Origin: a virus
Taxonomy: Duplodnaviria; Heunggongvirae; Uroviricota; Caudoviricetes
DNA length: 33,821 nucleotides
Strand: one strand, 5' to 3'
Virus record (IMG/VR): IMGVR_UViG_3300044638_005715
Location: 103,398 to 137,218 of that record
Shown: piece by piece, positions 17,196 to 26,284 of the stretch
Layout of the letters: each line of letters starts with the position of its first letter
Numbering within the stretch: the stretch's first letter is position 1
Notes under the pieces: generated by a model
Told to the model about the DNA's origin: nothing
Seen by the model: the letters and a program-made list of their open reading frames with translations, nothing else
Database searches by the model: none
Program-made: the position numbers and the translations under genes

Positions 17196-17821
17196 TAGTT
17201 TAGGGCCCTATCTATAGATAATCTGACATTATTAATAAAGGAGGGGTCACTAATGGCCCTAGTAATAAAATTATTATCCATAGTTCCAGAAAATTGTTCG
17301 TTAACTCGAAAAAATCTTGATGATGGAACCATGATTGCCATTTCACTACGGCCGACATTATTTTTATATAATACACGATAATTATACACAACGGCGGCAT
17401 CACCATAATTCAACAACCAATCAAGCCATGGTAATTCCTCATCTTTTTCTGTTATAATAATAGATGTGGGCAGATTTAATAAATTTAAATATGTTATAGG
17501 CTGTACATTAATATTATAGCCACCAACAATATTGCCAGCCCTATTACGAGTATCTACATCAATATTGACAGATTGTGCGACTGAGTTTGCTATATCACCC
17601 GTTGGATCAAAATTTAAACCAAAATCAGCCTTTAAAATACCGTCTCGAACAGATTCCATTTCTGGACAGTTATAAACGGCCTCATAAATGTACGTTCTAA
17701 GATAACCTGAAACTTTATTTTTATTTGTTTGGAACAATTTAGATGATAATTTAGTTATTTCACTACTTATATTCTTTTTAATCTTAGTGAATGTTTCTTT
17801 AATTCTAAATCTAATTGTCAT
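17195..17821 (-). CDS. Neck / tail completion protein, 208 aa
   Basis: Position between the head-closure and terminator candidates; overlapping start and stop with neighbours. Confidence 0.45.
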   Translation of the reverse strand: MTIRFRIKETFTKIKKNISSEITKLSSKLFQTNKNKVSGYLRTYIYEAVYNCPEMESVRDGILKADFGLNFDPTGDIANSVAQSVNIDVDTRNRAGNIVGGYNINVQPITYLNLLNLPTSIIITEKDEELPWLDWLLNYGDAAVVYNYRVLYKNNVGRSEMAIMVPSSRFFRVNEQFSGTMDNNFITRAISDPSFINNVRLSIDRALN

Positions 17822-18326
17822 CTGTTCCCCATATATTAATTATATATTTTTTCGGGTTATCCTTAAAACCAGTGGGATATGAGGGACTTTTTTTATAATA
17901 ACGATTTATTTTGAAGTTCTCAATTCCACTATAATTGACTGTTAAATATGCGGCCCTTTCTATTTGGGGCAGATATATAGAATCTGTATATGTTTGTATT
18001 GAATTACTATTTATATTAATATTGTCTGGAATAGGAACAAAGTCTGATTTTTTCCAATAAATTCTTGTTGGAATTTCTAAACTTTCTATTTCTTCTAGAG
18101 ATCCACGGCCACTACAATATGGGCATGGCATTCCATTTGAAAATGGTGCGGGTCCGCCCGCCCGATAAATTGATATAGAGGCCGCATTAGAAACAAGATT
18201 ATTTTGATAACAATTGGGGCACGGATTTAATTTAGAAGGAAAAAAAAGAATACATGTCCTTTCGCAATATTCTTTTACGAAATTATTATATATGTCATAT
18301 ACTTGAGTTGGAATATTAAGGTGCAT
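17811..18326 (-). CDS. Head closure-like protein with a CxxC...CxxC zinc-binding insertion, 171 aa
   Basis: CPNC and CPYC pairs; neck-region synteny. Function is inferred. Confidence 0.45.
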   Translation of the reverse strand: MHLNIPTQVYDIYNNFVKEYCERTCILFFPSKLNPCPNCYQNNLVSNAASISIYRAGGPAPFSNGMPCPYCSGRGSLEEIESLEIPTRIYWKKSDFVPIPDNININSNSIQTYTDSIYLPQIERAAYLTVNYSGIENFKINRYYKKSPSYPTGFKDNPKKYIINIWGTDDN

Positions 18327-18516
18327 AGCTTTCTTTCATTCGCCCATCTAATCTTTGATTTAGGGCCGCAATACTTTCATCCTTTTTGAGAGTATTCACG
18401 GCCAAAACATTATTGGTTAAAACGGCGGCTAAATTTCGCCCGCGTGGCACACCAACAACAACACGGTTGGTTTGAGGTTGTTCACTACCTGAACGAATTT
18501 TTTGTGCTACTGCCAT
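18316..18516 (-). CDS. Small basic hypothetical protein, 66 aa
   Basis: Overlaps both neighbours by short stop/start junctions and fills the gap exactly. Confidence 0.7.
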   Translation of the reverse strand: MAVAQKIRSGSEQPQTNRVVVGVPRGRNLAAVLTNNVLAVNTLKKDESIAALNQRLDGRMKESYAP

Positions 18517-19025
18517 CTTATTTCACCTTCTTCATCTAATATGTGGTAATTTTCTACTAAGTAACTTGATACATAATAGGGGCTAATAATTCCATAAAAA
18601 CTTTCAGAACTTTTATTTCTCTTATAATCATATTCAAGTGAAGCATATAAATCAGAGACTATTTTAGCTGCCGCCTGTAATTCCCGCCCCATCCCAGCTA
18701 AACTAATGGAAGAGGGGCCATCCTTAATAGAAACTGAACTGGCCGCCTTTGCTTTTATTTCACTATTTAATAATATCATGGAGGCTTTATAGGCCGTTAA
18801 TATATTAAATGCTTTATCGTTATTCATAAATGGATCTGGCGTGATTGTATTAGTAGCTATATTAATCGAATAATCAGTATCTAATGATACATCATAACTA
18901 ACTTGGTATGCCGCAATAGTTGCCAAAGATAATAAACGAGAATCGGAGTATTGCTGAACGGCCGCTTCACACGACATATCTCCAACAATACCCCTAATTA
19001 ATCTCAGTATATTAACTGCCCACAT
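18507..19025 (-). CDS. Head-tail adaptor/connector protein, about 172 aa
   Basis: N-terminal W....LIRGIVGD......YSDSRL helix pattern typical of gp15/gp6-like adaptors; SVSIKDGPSSISL. Start moved from 19064 to MWAVN at 19025 (19031 also possible) to minimise overlap. Confidence 0.6.
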   Translation of the reverse strand: MWAVNILRLIRGIVGDMSCEAAVQQYSDSRLLSLATIAAYQVSYDVSLDTDYSINIATNTITPDPFMNNDKAFNILTAYKASMILLNSEIKAKAASSVSIKDGPSSISLAGMGRELQAAAKIVSDLYASLEYDYKRNKSSESFYGIISPYYVSSYLVENYHILDEEGEIRWQ

Positions 19026-19341
19026 ATTCATATTCCAGATTTTTATTATCCTTATACACATCATAAATTGTATCGGATATTTCTTTTATGGAAAATGGGC
19101 CCGTATTATATCCATTTGACATCTGCTGCTTAATAAAGCTACGAAGCCGTATTTTAGCAAACCATGGACTTTTCTTGAGCCATTCTATAACATAGGGCAT
19201 AATTTGTGCTAATAAAGTAATTATTGCAACTAAAGTAGCTGGATCTATACCATATTTTCGATCGCCATTACTAATTTCATCGACATTATTCTTATTAACA
19301 TTAAATAGACGTTCGATGACTTTTATTTCCATTTCTTTCAT
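19012..19341 (-). CDS. Small single-TM membrane protein, 109 aa
   Basis: Hydrophobic GIDPATLVAIITLLAQIMPYVIEW followed by a basic stretch; GGGG RBS. Confidence 0.65.
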   Translation of the reverse strand: MKEMEIKVIERLFNVNKNNVDEISNGDRKYGIDPATLVAIITLLAQIMPYVIEWLKKSPWFAKIRLRSFIKQQMSNGYNTGPFSIKEISDTIYDVYKDNKNLEYEYVGS

Positions 19342-19353
19342 TGGGTGCCCCTT

Positions 19354-19668
19354 TTAAAATTTATTCTTAACCCAGTCTATAATGGACAATCTTTTGCCAG
19401 GAATAGTTTCATCCTTTGAAATATCAACACTAATTTTATTAACATCCTCTGGTTTAACTACATTGGTGGGAGTTAACCAACGGCGTAAAAAATCTAAACC
19501 AAGTGTTAAAGCCAATGCTATAAGAGCATTAGTTGATCCGCCTATTGCTTCTAATTCTGGAATGACTGATTTTGCCACAAAATCCATAACAGCTACAAGG
19601 GCCGTTATAGCAGCTAAAGTAAGCCATTTTTTAATATCTAATTTATCTATCTGGCCGCTATTTGACAT
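19354..19668 (-). CDS. Two-TM membrane protein, holin-like, 104 aa
   Basis: Two hydrophobic helices (WLTLAAITALVAVMDFV; NALIALALTLGLDFL) and a charged C-tail; GGTG RBS. The holin role is inference. Confidence 0.5.
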   Translation of the reverse strand: MSNSGQIDKLDIKKWLTLAAITALVAVMDFVAKSVIPELEAIGGSTNALIALALTLGLDFLRRWLTPTNVVKPEDVNKISVDISKDETIPGKRLSIIDWVKNKF

Positions 19669-19702
19669 AGTATCACCATATTTTTGCGAATGATTTTAAC
19701 TT

Positions 19703-19719
19703 ATATAATTAATTACTCA
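19703..19719 (-). promoter_or_regulatory. 17-nt element TGAGTAATTAATTATAT, copy 2 (35 nt upstream of the holin-like gene)
   Basis: Exact match to 12999-13015. Confidence 0.4.
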
Positions 19720-21769
19720 TAACAACATCAGATAAGATAGCCGATGGCTCATCTGGAACTAATATTGATATAACTTTAGTATCGTATATTTCAGATGATG
19801 ATATTTCTAATTTATATTCTGTATTTCTTAATAATACTAATTCAGCATATCCATTACTATCAGTTGTTGCATTTTGTATGGTATTAATATGAAGTGAGGC
19901 ATTATTTATTTCAAAACAATCAGATAGGCGTGCTATAATATTTGCACCATTAATTGGTAATATGCTTACAGTTCCCTGAGATTTTATAAATAGTTGTAAA
20001 ACACAAAGTTCATCCCCTAAATCTGGTACAACTAATTTTTGTAAATTAATAATTTGACTTAAATCTGCATTTGGCATATTTATAGTAATATCATTAACAG
20101 TTTGATATCCAGTAGGAGTAGTCACACGAACCGTATATGTTTCATTTCCATCAACATTAATACGGGCCACACCATTTTCATTTGTAAAGCCCTTAGCAGT
20201 TTTACCAACTATTGAGAACTGTACATTTTTAACGGCATTGCCATTATCAAGTGCAGTGAATGACAACTGATAGGGCCCGAAACCAGCTATATTTGGTTGA
20301 ACAACACGTAATGTTGCATACATAGTATAGGAACCATTTGTAAATTTATATCTAGCAGTACCCTCTTCTATTGGTCTATCTTGTGATGCATATGATAAGG
20401 CATAATAATATCGCGTACCCTCAGCCCGTAAATATGTTATATTGCCAGCTAAATTTACATATGGGCCGTTATCTATTGATACTTGTCCACTTATAACATC
20501 AGTGTTGTTTGGCCAACTGAATGTTAATGGCTTATCATCATCTAATGATCTTTCTGTAATATATGCTGGATTTGGTTGTAATGCTGTTAATACATTTTGT
20601 GGTAATAGAACTGCTGTTCCTATTGTATTATCAGTAGGGACTCCAACTGCTACTTGGTTAGCTGCTGGTACTATAAGTGTTCCTGTTCGATCACCAAATT
20701 GATAAACAATACCAAAACGAACATCAGAAGTTGCTGGACTTTGATTGCTGATTGAGGAATCAATAAGTGTTTTAGTAGATCCGTTTGGGGTGAGTCGGAA
20801 TTGTGCCGTCGTGTTAGCATTATTCTGTAAAAAAATTGCACCTGATACTGGAATCGCTCCATAAGTTCCAAAAATTAGATTTTTAATAAAAACTCTGGAC
20901 GCTTGATCCGCATTCGTGCTTTGATAGGCTACAGACTGTAAATTGTTACCTCCTGGTCCAAAATCATTTCCGATTGCATTTTCGATATAAATTTGAGTAG
21001 TTCCGCCAGTATTTCTAACAGCGGCTCTACTGCTTAAATTTCCGGCAATTGCATTTACAATGTTTACAGTACCAGACCCCAAAACTAATACGGGTACACC
21101 ATCTGCGGCCCCAGAAAACAAAGCTGTTTGTCCACCATAGGCGTTTGTTATATTAGTCGTACCGGAGCCACTATGAACGACACCATGTACGGTTCCACTT
21201 GTTGTGCCAATCCCATGATAAACGTTATTGACGTTTAAGACGCCGGGTCCAATATTATTAACAATTCCTACTGTAGTGATAAATAGTGCATTAGTTGCTG
21301 AGGTACTTCGTACATCTCTAGTTATGGTTGCAGTTCCAGTACCTTGTAAAAAAAATATGGAAGTAATACCAGTTCCAGACGACCATATAACATCACGACA
21401 TTCTACATTACCTGATCCGGTAATACTATAACATATAACACTATTACTAGGTGCGTTTATTATTAACGCATCCCTGAATGTTACTTTTCCAGATGTATGG
21501 GTAAATCGAAATGCTGTTGTACTGCTTCCATTTATCACAAAATCGCAATCTGTAAATGTTAGATTTCCACCTGCATTGTTTATTTCGGTTTGAGATATTA
21601 AGTAAGATCCTGTACTGGTTGCTTCAAAAGTAATACCAGTAACAGAAATGTTTAAATTGATCGTGAATGTTCCAGTTCGGACTATATCTCCTGGTTGTGG
21701 TTGAACGCCGCCAAAAGTAACGGCATAGTTGTTGTAATTTCCAGTTGCTACAGCGGTTACAATTGCCAT
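19709..21769 (-). CDS. Fibre/adhesin-like virion protein B, 686 aa
   Basis: G/T/N/S-rich beta-helix-like N-terminal half; linker PATSDVRFGIVY..RTGTLIVPAANQVAVGVPTD; two C-terminal Ig/carboxypeptidase-regulatory-like units (FTNENGVARI, TTDSNGYAEL). GGAG RBS. Confidence 0.55.
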   Translation of the reverse strand: MAIVTAVATGNYNNYAVTFGGVQPQPGDIVRTGTFTINLNISVTGITFEATSTGSYLISQTEINNAGGNLTFTDCDFVINGSSTTAFRFTHTSGKVTFRDALIINAPSNSVICYSITGSGNVECRDVIWSSGTGITSIFFLQGTGTATITRDVRSTSATNALFITTVGIVNNIGPGVLNVNNVYHGIGTTSGTVHGVVHSGSGTTNITNAYGGQTALFSGAADGVPVLVLGSGTVNIVNAIAGNLSSRAAVRNTGGTTQIYIENAIGNDFGPGGNNLQSVAYQSTNADQASRVFIKNLIFGTYGAIPVSGAIFLQNNANTTAQFRLTPNGSTKTLIDSSISNQSPATSDVRFGIVYQFGDRTGTLIVPAANQVAVGVPTDNTIGTAVLLPQNVLTALQPNPAYITERSLDDDKPLTFSWPNNTDVISGQVSIDNGPYVNLAGNITYLRAEGTRYYYALSYASQDRPIEEGTARYKFTNGSYTMYATLRVVQPNIAGFGPYQLSFTALDNGNAVKNVQFSIVGKTAKGFTNENGVARINVDGNETYTVRVTTPTGYQTVNDITINMPNADLSQIINLQKLVVPDLGDELCVLQLFIKSQGTVSILPINGANIIARLSDCFEINNASLHINTIQNATTDSNGYAELVLLRNTEYKLEISSSEIYDTKVISILVPDEPSAILSDVVMSN

Positions 21770-21772
21770 AAG

Positions 21773-22324
21773 TTAACTCCGCAGTTGATCGATCACTTCA
21801 TTCAGTGTTGGCGTTGGTTTATTATCTTGTTCTTGTTGATTAATCCACATAAGAGCCTTTTGATATAAACTAATCCAACTTTCACGCAATGTATTATATT
21901 GGTGCTTTCTCATTTCTCTCTCAATATCTATTTTATGCATTTCTCTTTGCATCTGAATACTTTCAATAGTAGGTTCAGGCATTCCTAGAACCTGCCATCT
22001 TTTTTGATGTATTATACAATAAGATAAAATAAAATTGGTTAATTCATCGGGCCATTTAGCAATTTGAGCTATTTGACGTATTTTTATTTGGGCGTGTTTA
22101 TCAGAGAGGTCTGTTCCTTCTGTTGAGGCCGCAATGAAAACAGCTTTAGCCTCAGAATCAGAGGCTGATACAGCATCAAGTGAATTTATAACTTTAGTCC
22201 TATATCCACTATCAGGAAATGCCTCTTCTATATTGCCGAATCTTAGCTTTTTACCAGTCTTTACAACTACATCTTCCTGCAAATACTGTAATATTTCTTC
22301 ATTACTTTGTTCCCAGTTAATCAT
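21773..22324 (-). CDS. Cassette partner protein B, 183 aa (paralog of 24304-24849)
   Basis: Start reassigned to ATG 22324 (MINWEQ; GGAG 6 nt upstream; matches the paralog N-terminus). About 55% identical to paralog A over 128 ungapped residues (manual count 71/128). Confidence 0.8.
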   Translation of the reverse strand: MINWEQSNEEILQYLQEDVVVKTGKKLRFGNIEEAFPDSGYRTKVINSLDAVSASDSEAKAVFIAASTEGTDLSDKHAQIKIRQIAQIAKWPDELTNFILSYCIIHQKRWQVLGMPEPTIESIQMQREMHKIDIEREMRKHQYNTLRESWISLYQKALMWINQQEQDNKPTPTLNEVIDQLRS

Positions 22325-22337
22325 GACATTCTCCGTT

Positions 22338-24302
22338 TTAAAAAAATTCGCCCCTATCATTACTATTAAGTGCCAATACACCAGTTAATATCTGCTCTGA
22401 TGTTGATTGTAGTGCTAGTCCAGACTGAATGTTTCCAATTTGTGTTGATGATAATGATGCTTTTATTCTTCCACTTTCAAGTTCATCTGGTAGACGGTCA
22501 AGGATAGGTGTAAAGTCAACATCAATTTCGCCGATCCCCTCTAAGATAGAAGTGATTCCAGTTTCCAATGTTTCTTGTTCTGCTAACCCATCCCGAATTG
22601 CATCAATTGTTTCTTGATCCAATGAAGTTGGGATCGCTGAAATAGCTTCTAATATAGAATCGGAAGTTAATTCGACCAGTGATCCAACATCTTGAACACT
22701 TGCCTCAAGTGCTAACCCATTTTGAATTTCTGCAACCGAATGAACATGACTATCAGGACGAATAAATCCAATTTCACCGACAACAGGAATACCGCTTAAT
22801 GGTTTTTCAAGCACCACCACGCCGTACTCTGTTTCCTGGGTGTAGGTGATGATGGTGGAGTTCTCTCCTGCTAGGGTCCCTTCTTCGTCCATGTACAAGA
22901 CGCTGTTTTGGAATGATCCGTTTTCGAATCCGGTTAGATTAACAGAAAACGTTGTTGCTGTTGCAGTTACATCGTCTGTAATTTCGAATTCGATAACAGG
23001 GTTTGCTTGTCTTAATTTCTTTAATGTCCAAGCAAGACTATGGTTGGTGTCGTCGTAATCCCGAAGATCGGCTTCATGAACACCGTCAACTATGTCAGGA
23101 ATGTTTGCGGAAATTGCCGCTGCTAAGATTGCTGGATCAAGAATTAAACCGGTTCCGGTTTGTAAAAATCCGGTATATCCGTAAGTCACGCCGCCTGCAA
23201 CATTTTGCGTAGATGGGAGTGTTGGTGCATTTAATTGGAATGGTAGTATTTTCCCATTCAAACTGGAAGACGCTGTGTACACCATCGCATCTTGGGATGT
23301 TTGGTTTATGATTGTGTTGGTTGAAACTATGGTTGTATTACTTATTAGTATTCTTCCACTATTATTGATAGTAGTATTTGATAAATTGAATAAACAACCA
23401 TCAACATAAAATGTAGAAGTGGCTAATATAGAAATTGTCTGATTCTGGATGTTTAAAACTGAACTACTACCATTGCCCGCTATAAAAAACGCTGTAGAGT
23501 TAGTTGACTGATAGTTTCCTGTAAAATTAAAAGTACAAGACCCGGTACCTACCGAAAAAATTCTTTGTATAGAACCCGATATGTTTCCTGTATAGTTAAA
23601 AATGCCCGATCCCGAGGTAGCACTTATTAAAATACCAGCACCGCTTGTAGAAATATCTCCCACAAAGTTAACAGTAGAGACCGCTTGAAGCGAGATAAGA
23701 GTTTGCCCGCTTGATACATTGATTGAAGACGTACTACCGAGATTTGAATGATTCCAACTACTTCCGTTAGGGGAACTTCCGTTTAGACTCACTAACCGGA
23801 AACAGTTAGCACTTATTGTGAAATACCCAATTGTGTTAAGAATTGTAGCAGATCCAGAAACTGAGGCAATTTGTACTGATTGTGCGGCGTTATACAATTC
23901 ATTTTGTGGGTTACTGTCTTTTGCATAAAAATTAAGTGTTCCACCATTTAAATCAATTATTCTATTTCCGGCAGTAGTATTTGACGCGGTTATAGACCAC
24001 CGCCCAATAAAAGTAATAAGCATTCCAGCAATAACATTAGTGTTGCAAAGTTTATTACCAAGTAGATTGTTTGTGCCCGAAAGAAAAAATCCATTTGTGG
24101 CCGTAATCGTTCTTGTTGTTCCGCTGATCTCGAATCGACCACTTATAGTATCCCATGTAATACTTTCGGCTACAAAATCAATATCAAAAAGTAGTGTATG
24201 TCCTTTAATGATTAAGGTGTCACCTGCTTGCGGAATCTGAGCCGGACTCCAATTCGTAGAAGTTGTTAAGTTTACATTTCCGGTTGAAGTCAAAGTTGCC
24301 AT
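22338..24302 (-). CDS. Fibre/adhesin-like virion protein A, 654 aa
   Basis: N-terminal TNWSPAQIPQAGDTLII..HTL motif of beta-helical passenger-like proteins; S/T/G/N-rich stack; linker PSTQNVAGGVTYG..TGT; acidic C-terminus with three I..GLA repeats. Confidence 0.55.
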   Translation of the reverse strand: MATLTSTGNVNLTTSTNWSPAQIPQAGDTLIIKGHTLLFDIDFVAESITWDTISGRFEISGTTRTITATNGFFLSGTNNLLGNKLCNTNVIAGMLITFIGRWSITASNTTAGNRIIDLNGGTLNFYAKDSNPQNELYNAAQSVQIASVSGSATILNTIGYFTISANCFRLVSLNGSSPNGSSWNHSNLGSTSSINVSSGQTLISLQAVSTVNFVGDISTSGAGILISATSGSGIFNYTGNISGSIQRIFSVGTGSCTFNFTGNYQSTNSTAFFIAGNGSSSVLNIQNQTISILATSTFYVDGCLFNLSNTTINNSGRILISNTTIVSTNTIINQTSQDAMVYTASSSLNGKILPFQLNAPTLPSTQNVAGGVTYGYTGFLQTGTGLILDPAILAAAISANIPDIVDGVHEADLRDYDDTNHSLAWTLKKLRQANPVIEFEITDDVTATATTFSVNLTGFENGSFQNSVLYMDEEGTLAGENSTIITYTQETEYGVVVLEKPLSGIPVVGEIGFIRPDSHVHSVAEIQNGLALEASVQDVGSLVELTSDSILEAISAIPTSLDQETIDAIRDGLAEQETLETGITSILEGIGEIDVDFTPILDRLPDELESGRIKASLSSTQIGNIQSGLALQSTSEQILTGVLALNSNDRGEFF

Positions 24303-24303
24303 A

Positions 24304-24849
24304 TCAAACCCACAAGGTTGAAATTTCTTCTATTAAAGATTCTTCTTTCAGTTTTCCAGAACTTATCAGGTCAACAACTTGATTTGAGAACCGTTGCCAC
24401 TTATCTCGCAATTGTGATATGCGTTGAAATTCTTGGTTGGCGGAAATACTTACATTATGAGATTCTCTCATTTTTTGAATAGAGTCTAATGTTGGTTCTA
24501 CCAATTGCATAAATTTCCATCTGGGACCAGTCCACAAACAATATGATAAAACAAATTCAGTTAATTCATTTGGCCATTTTCCAGCTTCGGCAATATATTT
24601 AATTTGCATTTGTGCATACTTATCAGATAAATCAGTACCATCACTCGCAGCAGCAATAAATACTGCTTTTGCCTCAGCACTCACAGATGACATTAAATCA
24701 ACAGATTTTATAACTATGGTCCTATATCCCATATCTGGAAATCTTTTCTCCACATCATCAAATTTTAAACGATTACCAGTTTTAATATAGATAACTTCAT
24801 TTAATTCATTTAATATTTCTTCATTGGATTTAGACCAGTTAATGTTCAT
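24304..24849 (-). CDS. Cassette partner protein A, 181 aa
   Basis: Shares SNEEIL, KTG, FPD.GYRT, EAKAVFIAA, GTDLSDK, KWP.ELT.F.LSYC and EPT with paralog B. Confidence 0.8.
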   Translation of the reverse strand: MNINWSKSNEEILNELNEVIYIKTGNRLKFDDVEKRFPDMGYRTIVIKSVDLMSSVSAEAKAVFIAAASDGTDLSDKYAQMQIKYIAEAGKWPNELTEFVLSYCLWTGPRWKFMQLVEPTLDSIQKMRESHNVSISANQEFQRISQLRDKWQRFSNQVVDLISSGKLKEESLIEEISTLWV

Positions 24850-25069
24850 TATTTTTCTCCAATCTAGAAATTCTAAGCGAATTATAAGTATCTATAAATA
24901 ATGTGTCTTCCTTTAATTTTTGTAGATCCTTTTCTAATTTTAGCTGTTTTGATCGGCAGGAGAAATATGAAGAGACTAGCAAATATGCTATTATTGTAAT
25001 AACTATATACAGTAGGTATTCTAAATTATTATTATTGGCTATGAAATCATAATTATTCTGTGTTTTCAC
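24839..25069 (-). CDS. Small membrane protein (TM helix plus coiled coil), 76 aa, GTG start
   Basis: LLYIVITIIAYLLVSSYF TM segment; GGAGAGG RBS upstream of GTG. Confidence 0.6.
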   Translation of the reverse strand: MKTQNNYDFIANNNNLEYLLYIVITIIAYLLVSSYFSCRSKQLKLEKDLQKLKEDTLFIDTYNSLRISRLEKNNEH

Positions 25070-25178
25070 AATCCTCTCCCCTAATCCAACAAATCATCTG
25101 AAGTGCTAGTTTTATAGGATTCATATCGAATGTTGGTGCTGATATAAGCCAGTCACGTATTGCTTCTAATATATCCAT
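25053..25178 (-). CDS. Possible 41-aa small protein (MDILEAIRDWLISAPTFDMNPIKLALQMICWIRGEDCENTE)
   Basis: Below the ORF-track cutoff. Fills the gap after the terminator and overlaps the next gene. No RBS, but TTGTGTGTATTAAATT abuts the ATG. Confidence 0.35.
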   Translation of the reverse strand: MDILEAIRDWLISAPTFDMNPIKLALQMICWIRGEDCENTE

Positions 25179-25211
25179 AATTTAATACACACAATTAAAA
25201 GTAAAGGAAAT

Positions 25212-25247
25212 AAAAAAGGGGCCACCCAAAATAAGGATGACCCCTTT
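25212..25247 (-). terminator. Intrinsic terminator after the major capsid gene
   Basis: Minus strand AAAGGGGTCATCC-TTATTTT-GGGTGGCCCCTTT-TTT: 13-bp stem with two G-U pairs, then a U tract. Confidence 0.85.
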
Positions 25248-25261
25248 ATGAAATCAAATAA

Positions 25262-26266
25262 TTAGAATGAACCAGCTATAATTCGGCGACCGTCAAGAAC
25301 GGCGAAACCTAGTTCCATCCAACCGTAATAACCCTGACGTTGTGACCTATGTAGGACAGGATCAGCAAAAATTTCTAATGCTGAAACAACCGGCATAATG
25401 AAACTATCATTAGCTGAACGATCTAGTCCAACAACAAGCTCTACGTCGCCTAGCCCCAATGACCCACCGAGATCATCAAGGAAATAATTTTGGTACTGTT
25501 GACCATCACCAAATTCATATAGGTCTCGCAAATTAATCCCGAAAATTCGGGTAAGTGCTGGACCACCATCTGGTGCAGTATACATTTCTCGACGAGTTAC
25601 ATCATCAATTTGATCGACGTTCCAGTTCCGAATATCTTCTACCGCTTCTAGAGAGGTATAAATATCGGTTAGGCGACCGCGTGATGTAACACTGTTCCCG
25701 CCACTATTACGCAACATAACAGTCTTCATAAGAGAGATTAGTCGCTTAGTAAACTGACCCGCTGCTGCATCTACATCATATACAGAAATGTTTCGGTCAA
25801 CAGCGGCAGCCAATAGGGTGTGCCAACCGTCATCATTAATCTTGGCAACGAATGATGCTTCGAGAATTTCCATGGCCCGAGCAATAACATTCCAGTTAGC
25901 TTGCTTTGCATACTTCAATAGAAAGTCTATTGAACTAGTGATGCCATAATATGGAACACTAACATAATCACTTTCTACGGTTCGCTCTGGAATTCGTCCA
26001 TGTCCAGGATTAGTATATGCAACGTGCTCTAATTCAGTACCAGGAGCTAGAAGATCCAATGGAAATTCAGGCTGAGTACCGGGCTGAAGAGGCATTGCTT
26101 CATAAATATCGGTAACAATGTCACCAAACAATACACCCTTACGCAACGGTGTTTCTAATGCTTTTGCAATCTCTTGCTGTGCTTCTAAAGCTACCTCTCG
26201 ATTGCCATCGCCGGATTTACGGTATAAATCAAGAATTGCTTCATCTGGTTGTATTCTACGACTCAT
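25262..26266 (-). CDS. Major capsid protein, 334 aa (HK97-fold expected)
   Basis: Follows protease-scaffold and decoration genes; GGAG RBS; followed by a terminator; C-terminal QGYYGWMELGFAVLD strand pattern typical of HK97-type P domains. Confidence 0.85.
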   Translation of the reverse strand: MSRRIQPDEAILDLYRKSGDGNREVALEAQQEIAKALETPLRKGVLFGDIVTDIYEAMPLQPGTQPEFPLDLLAPGTELEHVAYTNPGHGRIPERTVESDYVSVPYYGITSSIDFLLKYAKQANWNVIARAMEILEASFVAKINDDGWHTLLAAAVDRNISVYDVDAAAGQFTKRLISLMKTVMLRNSGGNSVTSRGRLTDIYTSLEAVEDIRNWNVDQIDDVTRREMYTAPDGGPALTRIFGINLRDLYEFGDGQQYQNYFLDDLGGSLGLGDVELVVGLDRSANDSFIMPVVSALEIFADPVLHRSQRQGYYGWMELGFAVLDGRRIIAGSF

Positions 26267-26284
26267 TATTATTTCTCCGTTTAA

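Noticed and set aside
19026-19064. ORF-track start of the 185-aa adaptor at 19064
   Set aside because: It creates a long overlap with the upstream gene; a later Met (19025 or 19031) fits better.
22325-22381. ORF-track start of the 202-aa ORF at 22381
   Set aside because: It overlaps the fibre A 3' end. The paralogue alignment and a GGAG RBS support ATG 22324.
19709-24849. Diversity-generating retroelement acting on the fibre genes
   Set aside because: No near-identical TR/VR pair with adenine-specific mismatches and no reverse transcriptase is visible. The duplication is old and visible only at protein level.
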